NCBI GenBank assembly: GCA_005223125.1
Contig: NJBH01000025.1
Location: 1 to 55,678 of the forward strand
Length of the DNA stretch: 55,678 nucleotides
Source: Promethearchaeota archaeon Loki_b32
GTDB taxonomy: Archaea > Asgardarchaeota > Lokiarchaeia > Sigyniarchaeales > SOKP01
Direction of reading: 5' to 3'
Shown here: piece after piece, positions 48,492 to 55,678 of the stretch
Layout: each line of letters starts with the position of its first letter
How positions within the stretch are numbered: the stretch's first letter is position 1
The notes under the pieces: model-generated
Databases searched by the model: none
Seen by the model: only the letters and a program-made list of their open reading frames with translations
Told to the model about the DNA's origin: nothing
Position numbers and translations under genes: made by a program

Positions 48492-50576
48492 TTAGATTGT
48501 ATTCCAGAATAATTCTAAATTCCTCCCTAATTCGCCCGGATTATCTCCAATAATCTTTAGCACATCTTCATTATTAATCCAGTCAGAAAGATGTTGTTTT
48601 ATATCATAGTCATTATAACGATAATCTAAAAAAATAATTGCTCCTTTATCTTCCAATCTTCTTATCGGGCGACCAGCAGCTTGGTTTGCTTTTCTTATAG
48701 CAGGTTCGATATATCCGAAGAATTTTCCTTTACTTTCAAATTTTTGGTTAAAGTATGATATTTTTCTTCGAATATATGCATTCATAGGCGCAAAGGGGAG
48801 CCCAATAATGATTACATGTTCCATATCTTTACCGGGGAAATCTTCCCCTTCAGAATTCCTACCTCCTAAAACACCCAATAAGACAGCTCCTTTATTGCCT
48901 GATTTTGCTTTAAATCCTTTAATCATTTTTGCATTATCAATGTTTCGTCCTTCCCTAAATATTTCTCTTCCGTTTCTTCTAATAATTTCTTCCAATCTAT
49001 CTTGCTTTAATATTTTGGAATTCAATTTATGCAAGAAATCATAAGATACACAGAAAATGCCAACATTTCCATTTTTTACCTTGAGCATTTCATTTATTTT
49101 TTGATTTATTTTTCTAAAATTCTCTAGATTCTCTCTTTGGTGATATGCGGAAGTAACTCCTAAAACAATACAAGCTTTTATATTCTCTTTTCTAAATGGA
49201 GATTCAATTTTCTCTAAATGAAACTTTTTAGAAGAATTGCTTATCCCTGTTAAGCTTAAATAAACTTCTGGTATTAGTGTACCTGACATATGTAAAGTAC
49301 AGTAAGTTAAGTTCAAGATAGGTTGAATAAATTCTTGAGGATCTAAAGGTTTGATTTCTAACCTGGATTCAAATGCATTCTTTGTTTTTTCAAGAAAATG
49401 ACCAATAAAATGAGTTTTAGATAAGCTGTTATCTAATGTAATTCTTATGAAATTTTTCCAAAATTCTATAAAAGTTAACAACCAATTTCTCACAACTTTC
49501 TTTTTAAAAACTTGTTCTGACGTGTGTACAGAAAAGGCAAATTCCTGAGCACTTTCTAGAATATTATTTAACTGTAATGTGTCTGAAATATTAGTTCCCA
49601 TAAGTAATTCATTTAATAATTGGCTTGGAATTAACGGATATAAAAATTCTGTTACCTTTTTATTTTTTATAGTGAAATTATTAAATTCTGACTCTTGGTT
49701 TTTAAAATATTTTTCAACTGTTTTAAAAAATCTCTCAAATGGTCTGAAATAATCCTTATTGATGTATCCTTTACGATATTGTTTAATGAGGACGTCACTA
49801 TGGATTAATACACGTTCTGATAATCTTTTTTCATTTACTTCTAAAACTGTATCTGTTAGATTATGGCATTCATCTACAATTAGTATACATTCAGATAAAT
49901 CCTTTTCAACATCAGGAAGTAGAACGTTACTAAGAATAAACGGATTGAATACCCAAAGATAATTGCATATAATAATTTTCATAAATCCTAATAATTTCTT
50001 CACAAAATAATAGGGACAAATTTCATTTTTTTTACAAATCTCTATAATTTCATTGATATCTACTACCTTTTTTTTAAATTCAAGAAATAGCTCAGATAAC
50101 AAAGGTTTATCATGAGCCGGAATGTTTTTGTCTTCCTCATTAAATTCTTCGAGATTTTTAAATGGTTCATAATATTTACATCCATTCTCTTCTTTCCTTA
50201 AACTAGCACAGAGTTTTGTCAATTCTTCCAAATTGGGTTTTTCTTTAATAATTTCTGACTGAATACACATATTTTTTCTTCCACGGAGAGAAATACCATT
50301 GACTTCAGGACGAATTTTATTGATTTTTTGTAATTCATTAATAATTCTATCATTCTGTTGGTATGTTCTACACAGGTATATTAATTTGAAATTTTTATTA
50401 TAAAGAAAAGGTAAGACACTGGATAATCCTATTATACTCTTTCCAGTTCCATTTGGAGCGATTAGAATAAAATTATCTCCTTGAGAACATGATTTCTTAA
50501 TTTTTTCAATAATGGTCTTTTGTCCTTTCCTATATGTTTGATATGGGAAAAAATCAGTGAAATCCAAATCTTTCAT
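48492..50576 (-). CDS. XPD/Rad3/DinG-family Fe-S helicase
   Basis: FPY..YRKGQ, APNGTGKS, four Fe-S Cys (MC, LC, GC, ICPY), DECHN, MSGTL and QAAGRPIR. Confidence 0.92.
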   Translation of the reverse strand: MKDLDFTDFFPYQTYRKGQKTIIEKIKKSCSQGDNFILIAPNGTGKSIIGLSSVLPFLYNKNFKLIYLCRTYQQNDRIINELQKINKIRPEVNGISLRGRKNMCIQSEIIKEKPNLEELTKLCASLRKEENGCKYYEPFKNLEEFNEEDKNIPAHDKPLLSELFLEFKKKVVDINEIIEICKKNEICPYYFVKKLLGFMKIIICNYLWVFNPFILSNVLLPDVEKDLSECILIVDECHNLTDTVLEVNEKRLSERVLIHSDVLIKQYRKGYINKDYFRPFERFFKTVEKYFKNQESEFNNFTIKNKKVTEFLYPLIPSQLLNELLMGTNISDTLQLNNILESAQEFAFSVHTSEQVFKKKVVRNWLLTFIEFWKNFIRITLDNSLSKTHFIGHFLEKTKNAFESRLEIKPLDPQEFIQPILNLTYCTLHMSGTLIPEVYLSLTGISNSSKKFHLEKIESPFRKENIKACIVLGVTSAYHQRENLENFRKINQKINEMLKVKNGNVGIFCVSYDFLHKLNSKILKQDRLEEIIRRNGREIFREGRNIDNAKMIKGFKAKSGNKGAVLLGVLGGRNSEGEDFPGKDMEHVIIIGLPFAPMNAYIRRKISYFNQKFESKGKFFGYIEPAIRKANQAAGRPIRRLEDKGAIIFLDYRYNDYDIKQHLSDWINNEDVLKIIGDNPGELGRNLELFWNTI

Positions 50577-51089
50577 ACTTTTTGTCGGTACTCCTGAATT
50601 CTTTTTTTAAATGATTACCATGAAAATAATTTATTCTATATGCCCCAAAATTATTGTATTTGAATATTTAAAAATATTATTATTCATAATATCTTTTAAC
50701 TTATTGGTTCTGTAAGTTTAACCAGTTAAGGATTTCTTATCATAATTTTCCTAAGAAATGAAATCTTACAGAAATAACTTATTTATAACAATACTTTTAT
50801 AAATCACCTTTTGATAATTTAGGGATTCACTCTACTTTTCTTTCTTGCTTAAAAATGAATCGAATCCATCCTCGCTAGTACCATTTTTTGCTCATGTTCT
50901 ATATTTCCAAGAAAATTTAATATTTTAGAAAAATTCATTATATTTTAAATTTAGAGAGAATTTTTCTATTAGAGAAGAATTAACAGACTGAATTTAATTT
51001 AATAATAACTTCTTATTTCCTTCATTCTAATTCTTTAACTGATTTAGGGAAGAAATCTCAAAGCTAAAAGCATAAAAACACATTGTAAT

Positions 51090-51491
51090 TTATCCAATTT
51101 TAGAAGAAAGGTTTTCAGCAAAATGAACAATCCAAGCTTCATCCATAGTCGGTTCAATTGGAGAACCCCAATCTTTTAGGTTATGATGACTAGCTATTAT
51201 ATGTATTAAATCATCTAATTTTTTTGATTTAATTTCTTGACTTATTATTTTGATACCATTAATAATATGTTCTTGTTTTAAAAAAGTCTCAGTGATTTCA
51301 AAAAATCCATTCTCAGTTCTGTAGCAATTAATTTTACCAATATCATGTAAAATTGCTCCCGCTATTATTAAATCTTTATCAAGAATAATGTCTTTATTAT
51401 CTAAATTTGAAATTATTGCCAATGAAAATTTGATTGTTTGAACTGTATGTTCTAATAATCCAAAATAAAGATGAAAGAATTTAGTGATCAA
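51090..51491 (-). pseudogene. HD-domain (YhaM-like) protein fragment
   Basis: GLLEHT, LHDIGK and IASHH...WGSP; the N-terminal region is absent or degraded. Confidence 0.7.
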
Positions 51492-51671
51492 TATAAAAAT
51501 TCTACCTCAAATTTATAATTCAAATGAAAATCTATCTTTTGGATGAAAATCAATTGATAAGGAAATTGAGATAGCTATGATAAATTTTTAATTTTCTAAT
51601 ATAATTTATTAAGTTCTAACTGTCTATATAAATAAAAATCTAATGATTGGTCTTAATCATTATTAATAAGT

Positions 51672-52085
51672 TTGTTATTATTATTATATAGAATGAATAA
51701 TGAAAAATCTTATCAAACATTTTTAGCCCAAAAGTTAAATTCTAATGAATGTAAAGTAATTCTGGAAGCACCGTATAAACATAAGAGAGTTGATATTGTC
51801 AAAATTGAGGAAAAAAAAATAATTTGTATTGAAGTAAAGATAAATAATTTTTCTAATTTACTATTTCAAGCAGCTCAGAATCTAGTTTTTTCTGATTTCT
51901 CATACATAGCAATCCCTGAAAAAAAATATTCAAATAAGATATATAAAAAAGCTAAAGAACTATCTTTAGGAATAATTTTAATAACAGACAAGAATTACAA
52001 TACAATATTGACTCCAAAACAAAATCCATATAAAATCCTAAGTTTCTATAATTATTTTAAAAACAGTCTTATGAGATGTCATTGA
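51672..52085 (+). CDS. Small PD-(D/E)xK nuclease-fold protein
   Basis: RVDIV...CIEVK...QAAQNLVFSDFSYIAIP...LGII; the start may be MNNEK. Confidence 0.75.
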   Translation: MLLLLYRMNNEKSYQTFLAQKLNSNECKVILEAPYKHKRVDIVKIEEKKIICIEVKINNFSNLLFQAAQNLVFSDFSYIAIPEKKYSNKIYKKAKELSLGIILITDKNYNTILTPKQNPYKILSFYNYFKNSLMRCH

Positions 52086-53291
52086 ATGAAATATAATTTT
52101 TATATTAATTCTAAATCTGCACTTGATAAATTAAGAATTTTATTTAAAAGACTGAGAATTATCGGTGATAATCATATTATCGATAATATTAATGAATTGT
52201 ATATTGATTCAAAATTGTTATTCTCTAATATTAATGATGAAAAGGTTTTTGCTAATATTTACAAAATCAATAAAGATATTAACATCATACCTAATAGCCA
52301 ATTGTTATATAATGAATTTACGGAAGAAGATTTCACCAATGATGAGCCTTCACTTCAATTTCAACAAAAAATAAATTATTTACAGAATTTTTATGAAGAA
52401 TGTGAGGATTTTGAAGTAGTTTATTATAATTTTTCAAAAAATTCTTATTTGAAATACTCTAATTTCTTTGACAAAATGATTGATAAAATAAATAAAGATC
52501 CATCTGTCTTAAACTCTTCATTGTTAAGATACTTAAAGATTACCCTTCCTCAGCAAATTCACTTATCAAAAAAAATTTCACCTTTTATTTTTCTTGAAAA
52601 TTCAAGACTCAGAAATATTAAAACATTTGATAATTTTTTTGAAATATATGATAAGATTCCTGATCTCTTTGATACATTTATTCTCTATTCTCCCCTGAAT
52701 TATATTAAAAATATAAAACGATTTCGAAAAAAAAAAAAAATTTCAGAATTTAAAAATATTCTGTTATGGTTTCCAGATTTTAATGAAATAACAGCTAGTT
52801 ATGATGAAATTAAAGATTTAAGAAACACATTGAAAATAATATATGAATTAAATAATAACCTAATTTATTTATTTGGAGGAATGATGATAGGTAAATATTT
52901 ATCAGATTATATAAAAGAACTTATCTGTAGAAAAGACATATACCCTGGCTATAGGATAATACCAACAATAGAAACTTTTGGAAGAAGAAAGAAAAATTTA
53001 TTTTTTCCTCAATATGGAAGAATAACCAAATTAGAGACAATTGCATCACCTCCTTTTATTGATATGTATGATTGTAATTGTCTATCTTGCTCAGACTATC
53101 AGAAAGGAATTTCTTTTAACAAAAAATTATGTTTAGAAACCTTGGAAGAAAGTTCTACAAGAAGATATTACCATAATTATCATTCATTTTTAATAAAATT
53201 GGGTAGTAAGGAAGATATTGAACTTTATCCTAAAATTAGTTTAGATAATATAAAATTGGAGGTAAAATGGAGGAGAGCATTAAATGAATAA
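52086..53291 (+). CDS. Hypothetical protein with a TGT-like zinc motif
   Basis: C-x-C-x2-C-x27-HN near the C-terminus. Confidence 0.6.
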   Translation: MKYNFYINSKSALDKLRILFKRLRIIGDNHIIDNINELYIDSKLLFSNINDEKVFANIYKINKDINIIPNSQLLYNEFTEEDFTNDEPSLQFQQKINYLQNFYEECEDFEVVYYNFSKNSYLKYSNFFDKMIDKINKDPSVLNSSLLRYLKITLPQQIHLSKKISPFIFLENSRLRNIKTFDNFFEIYDKIPDLFDTFILYSPLNYIKNIKRFRKKKKISEFKNILLWFPDFNEITASYDEIKDLRNTLKIIYELNNNLIYLFGGMMIGKYLSDYIKELICRKDIYPGYRIIPTIETFGRRKKNLFFPQYGRITKLETIASPPFIDMYDCNCLSCSDYQKGISFNKKLCLETLEESSTRRYYHNYHSFLIKLGSKEDIELYPKISLDNIKLEVKWRRALNE

Positions 53292-54213
53292 TGAACCAAT
53301 ACAGCTTATTAAAGATCCTTTAGACTTCTTAATTTGGTTTTTATATAATAAGAAAAGGAAAACAGGAATAACCAAGATAATGAAATCATTTCAATTATTT
53401 ACACTTTTTGATAAATTTCAAGATATTGGTAACTTTAAAGCTGATAAGTTTGGTGCAAGAGATACCCATTTAGATGCGTTAATCTGTAAATTTGATGATA
53501 TCTTATTAGATGTTGAAGAAGAAAATATAGCTCAAAGTGAAGAGAAATATGATTTTATAGAAGTGAGTCTTAAACAATACTATAAAGAAGAATTGAACAA
53601 CAACTTAAGAAAATTTCTTTTTAATGAAGAAAATCTGGGTGATTTTAATTTAATTAAAGCAATAGCATATTTATCAGATAAATATTATTATGAACAATTT
53701 TTGAGATTCGCATATGCAATAATTCCAGAATTAACAGAAAAATCAATAATCAAGCCTAAAATTTTATTAGTTCCGGATGAAATCGTTAGGATTGAAATGT
53801 TAGACTTATTAGAGCGATTACCTTTAAATTATGCATTTGAATTTATGGAGAAAAAGCTTGATATTGTAATTAAATTAAGTATAATTCAAACAGAACTTAA
53901 AGAAAATCTCAAAAAAATCTTAAGTGAATTATTAGCTTCTGACATAAATTCTTCGATACTTATAAAGATCAAGGAAGATTTATTAACAATTATAGAGAAG
54001 TGTGAATTAGACAATTATAAGATAATATTTCGGAATTTTCTAGATCTTTTGGTTGAAAATGAGAATTATAGACTCACAAAAACTGAAAAATTACATCTTT
54101 TCAAATTTCTCGTTTTATTCAAAAATATTAATCAAAGTGATTTAAAGAAATACTACGAATACTGGAATGATTCAACTTTAAAAGTTATTTTCGGAAGTGA
54201 GATTGAAAAATAA
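53284..54213 (+). CDS. Putative SocA/Panacea-like (wHTH) antitoxin
   Basis: TGITKIMKSFQLF...FKADKFGARD...PELTEKSII. Confidence 0.5.
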   Translation: MNNEPIQLIKDPLDFLIWFLYNKKRKTGITKIMKSFQLFTLFDKFQDIGNFKADKFGARDTHLDALICKFDDILLDVEEENIAQSEEKYDFIEVSLKQYYKEELNNNLRKFLFNEENLGDFNLIKAIAYLSDKYYYEQFLRFAYAIIPELTEKSIIKPKILLVPDEIVRIEMLDLLERLPLNYAFEFMEKKLDIVIKLSIIQTELKENLKKILSELLASDINSSILIKIKEDLLTIIEKCELDNYKIIFRNFLDLLVENENYRLTKTEKLHLFKFLVLFKNINQSDLKKYYEYWNDSTLKVIFGSEIEK

Positions 54214-55054
54214 ATATTTTAAATAGCTTTATTCTTGATACTACTATTTTAATTGATTATTGTTTTGGTTCTAAAAAAAAAAAAAGTTAATTAGAAACAA
54301 AGTAAAGGATTCTCAAATATACATGACTTATTTGATTTTAGGAGAGTTTAATAGGACTATATTAGAAACTATTAGAAAGTTGCTAAATACTTTTTTAAAA
54401 AATGAAGATATAATAAATAATTTTGAAAGTATTGATATCTTCATTAATGATGTTATAAAAGATATCTATTTTTTTTCTAATCAAGAAGCAAGTCGAATTA
54501 TCAAATTAATACCTTATTTAAGAAAAGAGATTGAATTGAAAGTTGAAAAATACCAAAAATTCGACATTGGTTTAAAATATCCAATACAAAAAATTATTGA
54601 TGATGCGAATGTGTATAGATTGACATTTTTAAAAGAATTCAAAATTTTAAAAGAATCCTATGAATGTCAAAATATTATTAGAAGATTAACCTTTAATCAC
54701 AAAGAACATAGAGTTAGTTTTGAAAAACCATATTGTTCTTTGTGTGAAAAAAAGATATTAGAATATTTTAAAAGGAATTATATTTGTGAGATAAAATTAT
54801 TCCAAAATAATATTACGTCACTAACACTTCGATATAGACAGGATGAAAAAGAAAAATTAGTAAAGTCATTAACATTTCTTTTAGAATTTGATAATGGAAT
54901 TAAATTAGATGGAAGACACCATATTTGTTGGAACTTAATAGATATTTTTTTAGTTCTTGAAGCACCAAAAAATTCAGTAATTCTTACTACTAACATGAGA
55001 CATCAAGGACCATTTGCAAAATGTATATATAAACAGATCTCCGATCTTAGTTAA
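54210..55054 (+). CDS. PIN-domain protein, frameshifted at an A13 run (54273-54285)
   Basis: Upstream frame FILDTTILIDYCFG joins the 243-aa ORF if the run is 14 or 11 A; C-terminal LIDIFLVLEA...ILTTNMRH. Confidence 0.65.
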
Positions 55055-55477
55055 GTAAAATCATCAGAAAAAGATGGAGTTATCAGAAAGGAGAACTAAA
55101 GAATATCCCATTAAGGTAAATGGGCAAAATTTCGTTTTTAATTTTATTAAAGTTCGATATATTAACAATAATAATCTAATGGCCCTTAATTAATTTTAAT
55201 ATTCGTGAAACAGCGCTTTCACGTTCCTACTAATTAATTTCTTTTAGAATAAGGCAATATAAAAAGACTAGTTAAAATTGATTTGATCCATTTATATTTT
55301 CAATAATGAGAATGCTTAAATGTAATTTTTATTATTGTTAATGGGCGGAAGAGGTTTTAAGCATATGGGTATATCAATCGCTATAGTTTATTTTATTCTC
55401 GTAGCACTATATGGATTATAAACGGGCGTGAAATCTTTCCGAATTTGAAAATTCTAAGATTTATTTATAAGAAAGGG

Positions 55478-55678
55478 ATGAATATGAGAGAAAATTGGGA
55501 AGATTATCCAATTCAGAATTTAAATGAATATGAATTGGATATGGATTCACTGTTAAATTTAACTCCTTTCAATAGAAATTTCGTTTTTTCTTTAAATACT
55601 TTAGATATTACACTTGAATATTATAATTTCAAATTAACTAGATGATAGTGAAAACATGGAAAAAGAAGAAGTTTTTCA
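55478..55678 (+). CDS. Hypothetical protein running toward the window edge, possibly frameshifted
   Basis: MNMRENWEDYPIQ...; another frame stays open to the end of the window. Confidence 0.3.

Noticed and set aside
55186-55239. Imperfect palindrome with a CGTGAAA/TTTCACG core as a possible attC or ncRNA
   Set aside because: Single copy, AT-only outer arms and no canonical R boxes.

Overview
AT-rich archaeal window, very likely from an Asgard archaeon (Lokiarchaeia). The evidence is Lokiactin, two Rab-like small GTPases, a HEAT/LRR protein, archaeal rpoK, aEF-1beta and Hef, and an intron-containing tRNA. It has three parts. (1) About 1.0-11.75 kb is an accessory or mobile island: DUF3800 plus a downstream hairpin, two ParB-like genes, an RHH regulator, two convergent paralogues with a TniQ-like N-terminal module (one carries ten tandem C2H2 zinc fingers), and an SF2 helicase-nuclease. 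The island ends at a 5'-truncated mutL. (2) About 11.75-46.05 kb is core chromosome: EF-1beta, Lrp/lpdA, a small variable locus bracketed by a 222-bp direct repeat that contains a structured element, a 14-kb Hdr/Mvh/Flx electron-bifurcation cluster, actin, rpoK, tRNA-Val(CAC) with a non-canonical intron, and hef. (3) About 46.05-55.7 kb is a second accessory region. It starts where a truncated epimerase meets a truncated UvrD and continues with a DEDDh exonuclease, an XPD-like helicase and a four-gene nuclease / TGT-like / Panacea-like / PIN operon. The top candidates for new biology are the TniQ-like + poly-C2H2 zinc-finger pair and the repeated hairpin or cassette locus at 17.97-20.87 kb. 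All calls come from reading the sequence by eye; no searches were run.
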